A DNA stretch of 64,000 nt, taken from Planctomycetota bacterium. GTDB lineage: Bacteria > Planctomycetota > GCA-002687715 > CAIWVZ01. Positions 20,774-30,458 of this stretch are shown here, piece after piece. The notes under the pieces are model-generated. The model made no database searches. It had not been told where the DNA came from and saw only the letters and a list, made by a program, of their open reading frames with translations. A program made the translations under genes and the position numbers. The stretch lies in contig JBGANV010000002.1 of assembly GCA_044222185.1 (NCBI GenBank), positions 832,001 through 896,000 of the forward strand, read 5' to 3'. The stretch's first letter is position 1; every line of letters starts with the position of its first letter.

Positions 20774-22996
20774 ATGCCCGGCACCCGGCTTGACAGCCGG
20801 GAAAAGAGCATGCCCAGCGAACTTTCGAGCGTCGTCCACGACAGTGAGCTCGTGAGACGCCGGGTCACCGAATGCCAGCGCAAGATGGTCGGTGATCGGC
20901 GGCGCGGTCGGCTGCTCCCATTCCGCGAGTACCAGGCCGAGTACGACGACGTCGCCGATCTGTGCGTCGAGTTCTTCGGCAAGCTCGCGGAGCTGGAGGG
21001 CGTGCCGCCGAGTTCGCTGGCCTCGGCCATGGCGAGCCCGTCCGTGGTCGTCGTCGAGCCCGCGAAGGCCCCGGCTCGTGCCGACGAGCGCAAGACGGGT
21101 CCCTACATCCTCGAGGGACGGCTCGGCCGCGGTTGGTCCGGCGAGGTGTTCCTCGCGCACAAGGCCGACCTCCCCGAGGTCAAGTACGCGATCAAGCACT
21201 TCGTGAGCGTGGGGCGCTCTGAGTACTTCGACATCCTGAAGCGGGAGGCTTCGGTGCTCGCGAAGCTGCGCGGCCTCGCCAGCATCTGCCAGTTCGTCGA
21301 ATTCGGCATCGATCGCGGGATCCCGTTCCTGGTGACGTCGTACGTGAAGGGACCGACGCTCGAGGACTGCCTTCGCCAGACCCCCGGGAACGTGAGCGAG
21401 TTTCCCGATCGCGAGCCGAGCTTCGTGTTCGATCCGGACGATCCGATCGCCGTGCTCCCCGGGCCGGCGAGTTCTCTGGCCGAGCCGGTGGCGGATCCGA
21501 ACGACATCTCCACGAGCGTCGTTACCGTACCCGATGCCGTCATCGCGTTGCCATCGGCGGTGCCCGGCGACCGTCCGCCACCGAGCGGGCTGCGGGGACG
21601 CCTGGCGCGGCTGCGCGCGCGCGTCACCGACGGGATCGATCGCCGGCGGGCGCAGCGCGCCGATTACCCGGCGACTGCCGAGCGCATCAAGGACTGGATC
21701 CGCTTCTTCGAGCTGGCGGCGCGGGCCCTCGGCGAGGCGCATCGACTCGGCATCGTCCATCGCGATCTCAAACCCGCGAACGTGATCATCAACGAACGCG
21801 GCGAGCCCGTGGTTCTCGACTTCGGTTTCGCGCTCGACAGCCGCGACAAGTTCGACTCGCTCGACAGCATGGGAATTCTCGTCGGCACCGTGTCGTGCAT
21901 GTCCCCGGAACAGTTGATGGAGAACTACCTCCCCGTCGATGCGCGCACGGACGTGTGGTCGCTCGGCGTATGCATGTATCGCGTGTTCACGGGGCACCAC
22001 CCGTTTGCCCACGGCATCCTGACCAACAAGGCTCCGCTGCGGGCGGCGGACAAGGGGGTGCTCTTCGGCGAGATCATGGTCAAGGAGACGGATCCGCCGC
22101 ACCGCTTCAACCGCTCGATCCCGCGCATGCTCGAGCAGGTGATCATGACGTGCCTGCAGAAGGACCGCGATCGGCGCTATCGCGACGGCAACGAACTCGC
22201 CGAAGACCTGCGCCGCATCCGGCAGGGATATCCGATCCTGAAGGACCGCGTCCCGCTGGCGCGGCGCTACGTCCTGCAGTTTCGACGCAAGCCCGAGCGA
22301 ACGCTGCTCGTCACGCTCGCATGCTTGATCCTCGTGGGTAGTGCGTCCTGGGGGATCCTGCGCCGGTTCGACGCCGTCAACGCACTGAAGATCGCAGGGC
22401 CGAACCTCTCGCCCGCCGAAGTGACCCACAAGGCGGACTTCGTCATCGAGGCCACGGGGCATCTCGTCGAGGAAGTGAAGAACCTGCGGAAGAAAAAAGG
22501 CGATCCGACCTGGGACCGGGAGCTCGCCGTCAGCCTTTATCACAAGGGCCTCGCGCTCCTCGACGTGGAGTCGCCCTACAGCGCCAAGTTCGTCGAGCTG
22601 CGGGGCAGGTTCCTCCACCCGTACGAGAAGTGGGTCGAGGGGAATGCCGTCGTCGAGGAGCGATACCTGGACGCGCTGAAGGCTTGGAACCGCGTCTCGC
22701 CCCTGCCCGACAGCCGCCCCGCGAAGAACGAGCTGAAGGCCAAGGTCGACGACGCGAACCGGAACCGGGCCAGGGCGCGGCTCAACTACGAACTGCACCG
22801 CTCGGATCCGCCGACCTACGACGGGGACCACGAGTCCGAGCAGGCGGACTTCAAACTGCGCCAGCTCTTGCGCGACGTTCTGCCGGAGTTGCGGCGCGAG
22901 ACCGAGAGTCTGCACGCCGATCTGAACGATCTGGAGCTGGCGCGGCCCCAACCCGTCGTGGTCGACCCGGGACTGTTCCCGGGGCCACGGGAATGA
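20774..22996 (+). CDS. Hanks-type Ser/Thr protein kinase with TM helix
   Basis: GRGWSGEV, YAIK, HRDLKPANV, DFG, SPEQ, DVWSLG and a TM helix LLVTLACLILVG. Start may be 20810. Confidence 0.92.
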   Translation: MPGTRLDSREKSMPSELSSVVHDSELVRRRVTECQRKMVGDRRRGRLLPFREYQAEYDDVADLCVEFFGKLAELEGVPPSSLASAMASPSVVVVEPAKAPARADERKTGPYILEGRLGRGWSGEVFLAHKADLPEVKYAIKHFVSVGRSEYFDILKREASVLAKLRGLASICQFVEFGIDRGIPFLVTSYVKGPTLEDCLRQTPGNVSEFPDREPSFVFDPDDPIAVLPGPASSLAEPVADPNDISTSVVTVPDAVIALPSAVPGDRPPPSGLRGRLARLRARVTDGIDRRRAQRADYPATAERIKDWIRFFELAARALGEAHRLGIVHRDLKPANVIINERGEPVVLDFGFALDSRDKFDSLDSMGILVGTVSCMSPEQLMENYLPVDARTDVWSLGVCMYRVFTGHHPFAHGILTNKAPLRAADKGVLFGEIMVKETDPPHRFNRSIPRMLEQVIMTCLQKDRDRRYRDGNELAEDLRRIRQGYPILKDRVPLARRYVLQFRRKPERTLLVTLACLILVGSASWGILRRFDAVNALKIAGPNLSPAEVTHKADFVIEATGHLVEEVKNLRKKKGDPTWDRELAVSLYHKGLALLDVESPYSAKFVELRGRFLHPYEKWVEGNAVVEERYLDALKAWNRVSPLPDSRPAKNELKAKVDDANRNRARARLNYELHRSDPPTYDGDHESEQADFKLRQLLRDVLPELRRETESLHADLNDLELARPQPVVVDPGLFPGPRE

Positions 22997-23066
22997 CCCA
23001 CCGCCGCGAACGTTGGCGGTCGCGCGACCCCCTGCCAGACTCGCCGCACGGAATCGGAGGACGCGG

Positions 23067-23723
23067 ATGAAGATCACCATCGCCTGCACGCTGATGCTTC
23101 TCGTGGCGGTCGCCTGTCAGACGTCCCCTGGAACTGCGAGCAATCAGACGGTGACGTTCGAAGCGCCGGTCGACGTGGTCGGAGCGGCGCCGACCGGCTG
23201 GACGACGGCGGAGATGGCCGGCACGGGTACTGCGGCCGAATGGCGTGTGATCGAGGATCAGAGTGCGCCCGTGAGCGCGAACGTCCTCAACGTCGCAACA
23301 CACAATGCCGAGGCGACCTTCAACATGTGCCTCTTCGACGGGTTGGTTGCGCGTGACGTGGAGGTGTCCGCAAACCTGAAGCCGCTCTCGGGGCAGACCG
23401 ATCAGGGCGGCGGGATCATGTGCCGCGTGCAGGACTCGCTGAACTACGACCTCACGCGCTGGAATCCGCTCGAGCGCAGCGTGCGTCTCTACACCGTTCG
23501 CGGCGGCAAGCGCACCACGCTGCAGAGCGTCGAGATCGACGTCACGCCCGGATGGCACAAGCTCACGCTGCGTTGTACGGGCCGCACGCTGGTCGTCTTC
23601 TTCGACGGGACGAAGGTGACGTCGGCGACCGTCGACGAAGACGAGCGGGCTGGCAAGATCGGCCTGTGGACGAAATCCGACGCGACGACGTCGTTCGACG
23701 ACGTGGACATCCGGCTGCTTTGA
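23067..23723 (+). CDS. Lipoprotein with ConA-like/DUF1080-type beta-sandwich
   Basis: GGAGG RBS, lipobox VAVAC, DQGGGIMCR..Y..RWNPLE, WHKL, GKIGLWTKSD..FDD. Confidence 0.7.
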   Translation: MKITIACTLMLLVAVACQTSPGTASNQTVTFEAPVDVVGAAPTGWTTAEMAGTGTAAEWRVIEDQSAPVSANVLNVATHNAEATFNMCLFDGLVARDVEVSANLKPLSGQTDQGGGIMCRVQDSLNYDLTRWNPLERSVRLYTVRGGKRTTLQSVEIDVTPGWHKLTLRCTGRTLVVFFDGTKVTSATVDEDERAGKIGLWTKSDATTSFDDVDIRLL

Positions 23724-23945
23724 TCCGGTCGCCGCTCACGCACTGACCGCCGATGCCTGCCCGCGCACGCCGGTTTCCGGCGCCGATTCGCAGGCTTTCC
23801 CAGGGAATCCGGCTCAAGCCGTCGTTCGCGGTGGACGAGATATATCCCTGAAGCAAGACCTGTATCGCGCAGGTCAAAGATCTCAGCAGTGCACCGATCA
23901 GGCGCGTCGGCATGACTGGCGTCCCCGACGGGCAAGAGGACCACG

Positions 23946-24548
23946 ATGAAAGTTCAGAAAACCATGTTGGTTGCGGTGACGTTCGCCCTCACGGCGTTCG
24001 TTGCGTCCGCGCAGGTGTCGGGAACGTCAGGAACGCCGACGGGTAACGACCCGGGTGCAACCGGCGGCACGGCCGTGTCGTCGGACACGCCCGTCGTCGG
24101 CGACCCGTCGCTCGGCGGCAACCCCGGATCGTTCGTCAACGAGCCGACGGCGGTTCCGACGCTCAGTCTGACGGAGTCCCAGGCCTTCTACACTTTCCAG
24201 CTCACGGGCGGCGCCTCGAAGAAGTTCATGGTGCTGTTCTTCGGTGTCCGCGGTGGGACGACCTACCTGGACTACGGGGCCTACGGCGCGGTCAACCTGG
24301 ACATTCTGGCCCCCTCGTTCCCCCAGTTGATCGGCCCGTTCGACCAGAACGGAGCGACGATGTTCATGATCGATCGGCCGGCGACGCTCCCGCGCAATGC
24401 CATCGGGCTGAACCTCGCGCTTCAGGGCGTCTGCGTGGACTTCACCTCGTACTTGGACATGGACGGCATGCTCCAGTACTCGGTGAGCCTCACGCCGACC
24501 AACGTCATCTCGATCTACCTGCAGTCGCAGGCGACGTTCGGAAGTTGA
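23946..24548 (+). CDS. Secreted hypothetical protein
   Basis: GAGGA RBS, signal peptide (ASA|Q), G/T/P-rich linker, beta-rich C-terminal domain. Confidence 0.75.
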   Translation: MKVQKTMLVAVTFALTAFVASAQVSGTSGTPTGNDPGATGGTAVSSDTPVVGDPSLGGNPGSFVNEPTAVPTLSLTESQAFYTFQLTGGASKKFMVLFFGVRGGTTYLDYGAYGAVNLDILAPSFPQLIGPFDQNGATMFMIDRPATLPRNAIGLNLALQGVCVDFTSYLDMDGMLQYSVSLTPTNVISIYLQSQATFGS

Positions 24549-24581
24549 GCGGTCCGGTCCGCTGACTCCCATTCGTTCGAC

Positions 24582-24624
24582 GCGGGCGCGGCTGTCTTCG
24601 GGCAGCGGCGCCCGCTTCATTTTC
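24582..24624 (+). terminator. Putative intrinsic terminator
   Basis: Hairpin GCGGGCGCGGCTGTC-TTCG-GGCAGCGGCGCCCGC followed by TTCATTTT, between convergent genes. Confidence 0.55.
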
Positions 24625-24632
24625 GGCTTCCC

Positions 24633-25934
24633 TCAGAGCAACGGTCGCCCCAGACGCAGCGCTCGTTGGAGCCACCATCCCGCGAAGAGCGACGTCACGA
24701 TCGCGACGAGGACCAGGACGACGTAGAGGCGGTCGTCGATGATCTGGGCGTCGAGCGCCATCGATGCGAGCACGATTCCGGGGCCGCCGCGGGCGTTCAT
24801 CACCATGGCCAGGTTCACGGATCCGTGCTGGGACTGGCCCGCGAGGCGCGCGCCGAAGAAGACACTCGTCGCTTTGATCAGGCACGCGATGGCGGTGAAC
24901 GCGAGGAAGAACGCCAACGGCAGGTGGTGGACCAGGTCCAGGCGAAGCCCGACCATGGCGAAGTAGACGGGAATGAAGAACGCGGACGAGAACTGCCGGA
25001 TCGCCGTGCGAGCCTCGTCGCGCTCGGTCGTCGCCGCGGCCGCGACCATGCCCGCGACGAACGCCCCGAACATGATGTTCACGCCGAGGTAGAGCGCGAG
25101 CAGGGTCAGGCCCATGAGGAACGTGAGGAGGTAGCCCACGGGGCTGCCCCGGTTCACGACGTTCCATTTGTTCAGCGCGAAGAAGCGGAAGGCGCGCCGT
25201 CCGAACCCGAGAGCGAGGCCGAAGAACACCAGGGTGACGATCACGTGGTAGCTCAAGGCCTTGGCGCTGCCCGGCTCGATGTGGAGCTGGCTTGCGAGGC
25301 CGAACTCCCGCGTGCCTGGGGCTCCCGCGACGAGGGAGAGCGCGATCGCGAGGATCACGTAGAGGATGATGTCCTCGATCACGGCCGCACTGAGGACGAT
25401 CCGCGCGAATGGCGTGTCGACGAGGTCCAGGTCCAGAAAGATCTTCGACACGACGGGGATGCTCGTGACGGCGATCGCGATGGCGATCACGAGGTTGAAC
25501 GCCAGGGGGAAGGTCTCGAGGCTGCGGGCGGCACCGTGGAACGACGAGAGGTCGACGAGGGGGCCCAGCGCCAGAGCTATTCCGAATGGGAGGACGGTAC
25601 CCGTGGCCGTGATCCAGGCGGCTGCGCGGCGCTCGGCGGCGGCGAACGACGAGCGAATCTCCATCCCCGAGCAGAACAGGAGGAGGATCAGCCCGAGCTT
25701 GTAGATCGCCGTCAGCATCACGTTGGCGTTCCAGTTGCTGCCGAAGACGGTCCGGTAGAAGTCGGGCAGGAGCTGGCCCGCGACCGTGGGGCCGAGGAGC
25801 AGGCCGCCCATGATCTCGCCGATGACCCGGGGGAGGCGGAGCTGCTGGAACAGGAATCCGACCCCGTGCGCACAGGTCAGAAGTGCGGCCAGCGCGAGCA
25901 GAACGTGGGCGTGGGCAAGGTCGAAATCACTCAT
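24633..25934 (-). CDS. Cation:proton antiporter (CPA2 family)
   Basis: LPRVIGEIMGGLLLGPT, AVTSIPVVSKI, SAAVIEDI, MNARGG; about 12 TM helices. Confidence 0.9.
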   Translation of the reverse strand: MSDFDLAHAHVLLALAALLTCAHGVGFLFQQLRLPRVIGEIMGGLLLGPTVAGQLLPDFYRTVFGSNWNANVMLTAIYKLGLILLLFCSGMEIRSSFAAAERRAAAWITATGTVLPFGIALALGPLVDLSSFHGAARSLETFPLAFNLVIAIAIAVTSIPVVSKIFLDLDLVDTPFARIVLSAAVIEDIILYVILAIALSLVAGAPGTREFGLASQLHIEPGSAKALSYHVIVTLVFFGLALGFGRRAFRFFALNKWNVVNRGSPVGYLLTFLMGLTLLALYLGVNIMFGAFVAGMVAAAATTERDEARTAIRQFSSAFFIPVYFAMVGLRLDLVHHLPLAFFLAFTAIACLIKATSVFFGARLAGQSQHGSVNLAMVMNARGGPGIVLASMALDAQIIDDRLYVVLVLVAIVTSLFAGWWLQRALRLGRPLL

Positions 25935-26186
25935 GGCGGGTGAACGGGCAGCGGATGATATCCCTCTCCAGATCAAAGAGATCGGTTCACGACGCATTCC
26001 CTTCATCGGCAGGGATCGGCCCGGGGTGGCGACCGGTCCGGCCGCTTTAAAGGGCGGGGGCCGTGTACTACCCTCTCCAGCCTTTCGCCGACCGGGCTGC
26101 TCGAAGTCGCCCCGGATCTCACGTGACGGGCCTGTGAACGCACCTATCACTGGATCGTAAACCCAATCGCATCGGCAAGTTGCGGC

Positions 26187-27326
26187 ATGACTACCGAATC
26201 GCAAGCGTCCCAGTTCACCAAAGGCCTCGACGGCGTCGTGGCCGCGCAGACGCGCCTGTCGAAAGTCGTCGGTGACGAGGGAAAGCTCTTCTACTGCGGC
26301 TACCCGATCCAGACGCTGGCAGACAACGCGACCTTCGAAGAGGTCTGCTTCCTGCTCTGGAACTTGCGCCTCCCGAACAAGACCGAGCTCACCGCCCTGA
26401 AGAAGGAGCTTGCGTCGTACCGCGAGGTGCCCAGTGCGGTGGTCGAGCTCATGCAGAAGGTGCCGCGCGACACGCACCCGATGGCGGTCCTGCGCACCGC
26501 AGTCTCGGCACTCGGTTCGTTCGACCCGGACACGGACGACATGTCGCCCGAGGCGAATCTGCGGAAGGCCAAGCGGCTGACTGCGCAGGTCGCGACGATC
26601 GTCGCGAGCTGGGATCGGATCCGGAACGGTCGCGACGTACTGAAGTCCGATCTCAAGCTGTCGCACGCTGCGAACTTCCTGTACCTGCTGTTCGGCAAGA
26701 AGCCGACGACCGACGTGGAGCACGCCCTCGACGTGGCGCTGGTCCTGCACGCGGACCACGACATGAATGCGTCGACGTTCGCGGCGCGAGTCACCTGCGC
26801 CACGCTCTCGGACATGCACTCCGCCGTCACGTCGGCGGTGGGCACGCTGAAGGGACCCCTTCACGGCGGCGCGAATCAGCAGGTGATGGAAACCCTGCTG
26901 AAGCTCGGTGACGTGAGCCAGGTCGAGCCCTACGTGAAGGCGCAGCTCGCCAAGAAGGAGAAGGTGTCCGGGTTCGGTCACCGGGTCTACAAGACCACCG
27001 ATCCCCGCGCGCCGATCCTGGCCGCGCTCTCCGAGAAGCTGTCGAAGAAGGCCGGCGAATCCCGCTGGTTCGAGATGTCGAAGAAACTCGAAGAGGTGAT
27101 GATCCGAGAGAAGCAGATCTACGCGAACGTGGATCTCTACTCGGCGTCGGCCTTCTACGCGATGAAGATCCCGGTGGACATCTTCAGCGCGCTCTTCGCC
27201 GTCTCGCGCGTCGCCGGCTGGACCGCCCACGTCCTCGAGCAACTCGGTGACAACCGCCTGATGCGCCCCCGCGCCGAGTACCTCGGCGAGCTGAACAAGG
27301 CCTGGGTCCCGATCGAGAAGCGCTGA
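26187..27326 (+). CDS. gltA: Citrate synthase (short type; 2-methylcitrate synthase not excluded)
   Basis: KGLDGVVA, HADHDMNASTF, GPLHGGAN, GFGHRVYK, NVDLYS. Confidence 0.92.
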   Translation: MTTESQASQFTKGLDGVVAAQTRLSKVVGDEGKLFYCGYPIQTLADNATFEEVCFLLWNLRLPNKTELTALKKELASYREVPSAVVELMQKVPRDTHPMAVLRTAVSALGSFDPDTDDMSPEANLRKAKRLTAQVATIVASWDRIRNGRDVLKSDLKLSHAANFLYLLFGKKPTTDVEHALDVALVLHADHDMNASTFAARVTCATLSDMHSAVTSAVGTLKGPLHGGANQQVMETLLKLGDVSQVEPYVKAQLAKKEKVSGFGHRVYKTTDPRAPILAALSEKLSKKAGESRWFEMSKKLEEVMIREKQIYANVDLYSASAFYAMKIPVDIFSALFAVSRVAGWTAHVLEQLGDNRLMRPRAEYLGELNKAWVPIEKR

Positions 27327-27336
27327 CCGCCGCCGA

Positions 27337-27531
27337 GGAGCGCCGCGCTCCAGTGCGGCCGGATCGACGGGGCACCAGCTTCGTCGTGAATGCGATCGAC
27401 GTCGGTTTCGCAGCGAGCCGTGGGGTGGCCGCGATGGGGCGTCGGGGCGGTCACACCAGGGTTCTCGCGACCGGGCAGGGCGACAGGGCAGAGCCCTGTC
27501 GATCCAGCCGCGCTGGAGCGCTGCGCTCCTA
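27337..27531. repeat. REPIN-like inverted doublet, copy 1
   Basis: GGAGCGCCGCGCTCC..GGATCGACGGGGCACCAGCTTCGTCG at 27337 (+), with an inverted copy CGACAGGGCAGAGCCCTGTCGATCC..GGAGCGCTGCGCTCCTA ending at 27531. Confidence 0.75.
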
Positions 27532-28560
27532 TTTCGGAGTTCCCGCGGGGCTTGCTGGTGCGTGCGACCGAAGGCGGAAGTAGGCCGGCCGCAGATGTTG
27601 ATCGACGCGCCCCACCTCGATCTGCACGCGCAACAGAGACACGGCCGCGAACTGGACGTCGAGCACGAACTTCTCGATCAGGTCCCGGCGCGGGTCGATG
27701 GTGATCGTCGCCTCCGTCCAGGCCCAACGGGTCTCGCCATCCTTCGACGGCGATGGCGAGAGTCGGAACGTCCGTCGCCCGGCACGCGTGTCGCTCGGGC
27801 CCGTCACCTCGGTCATCGCGATCTCGGCCGCGTTCGTCTTCAGGTCGCGGACGAAATCCCACGACAGGAACCGGAACAAATCGGCGTCCGTACCGTCGGC
27901 GCCGTTCATGGTCACCTTGACCTTGATCGGCCCGGACGCGGCGGCGGTCGTCGTGCCCTCGCCCGGCCGGTACGTCCAGTGGTCCCTGCCGTCGAAGCCG
28001 CTGACCTCCTCCACCGCGCCGGCCTTCAGCTGGCGCATGACGTATTGGCCGGCCTTGTTGATCTCCAGCCGGAAGCTCCGAGCGCCCCCCTCAGCCTTCG
28101 AGTCGCCGAGTCTTTGCAGGAAGTCCAGGGCCGAGGACTGGAAATCGACGTACAGCTCGACGTCGTCGAACTCGGCGTAGCCGTCGGCGGCACGCTCGAG
28201 CAACGAGCGCGGCGTCGCCGGGGCGTCCCGCGTCCCCACCATCACGACCACGGCCATGACGAGGATCGTTGCAGCGATCGGGGCGGCGCGTGACAGGAAG
28301 CGGCGGCTCCAGCGTGGGCGCGGCATGGCCGGCGGGGACAGCGCGAGTTCGAGCGCCATCGGGAACGGTGGCGCCGACTCGCGGATCTCGTCGCACGCGG
28401 CGTGCGAGGCGGCACGTGCCCGCTCCAGCCCCACCAGTTCGGCGCGCAGACGTTCGTCGGTCGCCAATCGAGCCGCGAGGGCGCGCCGCTCGATCGGATC
28501 GAGTTCGTCGTCGATCCAGGCGCTCAAGCCAACACCCACGTCGTCGGGATCGGCGTTCAT
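27529..28560 (-). CDS. Anti-sigma factor (N-terminal anti-sigma domain, TM, LolA/RseB-like periplasmic domain)
   Basis: LSAWIDDELD..ERRALAARL and a TM helix; translationally coupled to the ECF sigma gene. Confidence 0.78.
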   Translation of the reverse strand: MNADPDDVGVGLSAWIDDELDPIERRALAARLATDERLRAELVGLERARAASHAACDEIRESAPPFPMALELALSPPAMPRPRWSRRFLSRAAPIAATILVMAVVVMVGTRDAPATPRSLLERAADGYAEFDDVELYVDFQSSALDFLQRLGDSKAEGGARSFRLEINKAGQYVMRQLKAGAVEEVSGFDGRDHWTYRPGEGTTTAAASGPIKVKVTMNGADGTDADLFRFLSWDFVRDLKTNAAEIAMTEVTGPSDTRAGRRTFRLSPSPSKDGETRWAWTEATITIDPRRDLIEKFVLDVQFAAVSLLRVQIEVGRVDQHLRPAYFRLRSHAPASPAGTPK

Positions 28561-29093
28561 TCCGTGATCTCCTGGATGAGTCCGCCGAGCATGGCGCGGA
28601 GCCGAATGCGCGCGCGATGAAGCGTCACGCGCACGACGGCCTCGCTGGTTTCCATGACGGCGGCGGTTTCCTTGGTCGAGAGGCCCAGGCCGTCGCGCAG
28701 GTAGACGGCTTCTCTCCAGCTTGCGGGCAGCTCGCCCATCCGTTCGCGAACGACGGCGCACTCCTCCCGTCGAATGGCGACATCCGGCGGCGACGCCGTC
28801 CCGATCGACCGGGGCTCGTTCACCGCCTGCAACGCGAGCTCGAGCGACACCGGCTCCCGCCGGCGACCGGCGCTGATGCAGAGGTTTCGGACCACGTGCA
28901 GGATGAGCGGGCGGAGGGGCCGTGAGCGGTCCATGGGCCGTTCCTGTCGCCACAGGCGGAGGAATGCCTCCTGGCAGACGTCTTCCGCAAACGCTCGGTC
29001 GCCGCTCAGCGCGTAGGCCAGGCCGAAGGCATCTGGCCACGCGGCGCGCGCCTCCAGCAGGTCGATAGCCCGGTCGTCGGAAACGGATGGCAT
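28557..29093 (-). CDS. ECF RNA polymerase sigma factor
   Basis: AEDVCQEAFLRLW (region 2) and LPASWREAVYLR..GLSTKETA..VRVTLHRAR (region 4). Confidence 0.9.
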   Translation of the reverse strand: MPSVSDDRAIDLLEARAAWPDAFGLAYALSGDRAFAEDVCQEAFLRLWRQERPMDRSRPLRPLILHVVRNLCISAGRRREPVSLELALQAVNEPRSIGTASPPDVAIRREECAVVRERMGELPASWREAVYLRDGLGLSTKETAAVMETSEAVVRVTLHRARIRLRAMLGGLIQEITE

Positions 29094-29150
29094 CGCGGAT
29101 GGGACCTCGCAGCACCACACGCACGGGATCGCGGCGACGTTAACTGCGAT

Positions 29151-29472
29151 TCAGGGATCCGATGCGGTGATCTCGAGCACGCGGTCCTTCTCCATGCACC
29201 GAAGCGCATCCGGCTCCAGCTCCGACATGCGGATGCCACGCGTTGGACGGAGTCCGATCGCCTCGGTTTCCAGGCGGCCGCGACAGGTGTGGACCAGGAG
29301 CCCGATGCGCGCCGCAGCTTCGGATGCGAGGACTCCGGTGATGGCCCCGATCCAGGCCCGGCGAGTTCGCGACCCGCGCGACCTCGAAGCCGAGGCCGGC
29401 GGCCTTGAAGGCCTTCTTGACCCGGTGCAGGTCGGCGGTCGACCGGACGATGATCGTGATGAACTCGCACAT
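29151..29472 (-). pseudogene. Disrupted hypothetical gene (frameshift, probable internal deletion)
   Basis: N-terminal MCEFITIIVRSTADL..GFEVA in one frame and C-terminal AWIGAITGVL..RIGLLVHTCRGRLE..MEKDRVLEI in the +1 frame, joined near 29360. Confidence 0.5.
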
Positions 29473-29580
29473 GCGTGCCCGAGCCTGCCCTCGAATTCGG
29501 CGAACGGGTCCTTCCAGGGCTGACGTTCCGGCGGCGAATGGCTGTCCCGTCACTTCGGACCCTCGTCGGATCGATCGGGC

Positions 29581-29766
29581 GGAGCGCCGCGCTCCGCGCG
29601 GCCGGATCGACAGGGCTCCAGCCCTGTCGTGAACGCGCCTGCCCTCCCGTTCGCCGCGTGCCGCGTCGTCGACGTAGGAGGGTGTCACGCGGATGAGAGC
29701 CGGCCCTCGACGTTCACGCGACGGTGCCGAGCCCCGTCAGTCCGGCCCCGCAACGCGCTGCGCTCC
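29581..29766. repeat. REPIN-like inverted doublet, copy 2
   Basis: GGAGCGCCGCGCTCC-GCGCGGCCGGATCGACAGGGCTCCAGCCCTGTCGTGAACG at 29581, with a degenerate inverted copy at 29711-29766. Confidence 0.7.
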
Positions 29767-29815
29767 TCCGCGTCGGGGCGCGCAACCTGCTGCGTTCGTC
29801 GCCAACGTCCGCGCC

Positions 29816-30298
29816 GTGCGTGTCGGCACACGCTGGATTCACGCGGCATCCGTGGCCGTCCTCGCTCTGACCTCGTGCACGACGTGCAACGGCGACGTCC
29901 GCAGCTACGTGCTCCGCCTGCGGCCGGGGGCCGAGGTGAGACGGGGACTCGTGGACTTCGCGCGGCGCGAGGGCATCCGAGCGGGCTGCGTCGTCAGCGC
30001 GGTTGGCAGCCTCACGCGCGTCGCATCGAGGTATGCGAATCGGCAGGAGACGACGGCGCTCGACGGGCACTTCGAGCTCGTCGCCCTGTCGGGCCACCTG
30101 TCGGCGGACACATTCCACCTGCACATGGCAGCCGGCGATGGCGACGGCCGGACCGTCGGCGGACACGTGATGGAGGGCAACGTCGTCTACACCACGCTCG
30201 TGATCGTCATCGAGGATCGCCTGCGCTGGAACTTCCGTCAGGAGGTGGATCCGACGCTCGGGTACGTGGAGCTCGCTCCGGAGTCCCGGACGCGGTGA
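29816..30298 (+). CDS. PPC/DUF296 domain protein
   Basis: LRLRPGAEV, SAVGSL, FELVALSGHL, HLHMAAGD..GGHV. Start moved downstream of the repeat. Confidence 0.85.
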   Translation: MRVGTRWIHAASVAVLALTSCTTCNGDVRSYVLRLRPGAEVRRGLVDFARREGIRAGCVVSAVGSLTRVASRYANRQETTALDGHFELVALSGHLSADTFHLHMAAGDGDGRTVGGHVMEGNVVYTTLVIVIEDRLRWNFRQEVDPTLGYVELAPESRTR

Positions 30299-30458
30299 CC
30301 GGCGGTCGACGCACCCTCGCACTCAGCCGCCCGGCGTAGTTCGGATGGGCGGCTCGGCGTAGGCCGGCGCCTACGCACTCAGGCGGGCGCGCGCCACCTA
30401 CGCTCGTGAGCGGGAGGAGGCTTCCACGCTTGTCTCCTTTGGTACCCTGCGGCCAGCC

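Noticed and set aside
20693-23089. 798-aa minus-strand ORF and many similar long antisense or alternate-frame ORFs (e.g. 14305-16194, 31202-32968, 55470-56858)
   Set aside because: Stop-poor shadows of real genes in high-GC DNA, with no recognisable motifs.
25935-27242. N-terminal half of the 869-aa minus-strand ORF, an apparent antiporter fusion
   Set aside because: It is the antisense shadow of citrate synthase; the antiporter starts at 25934.
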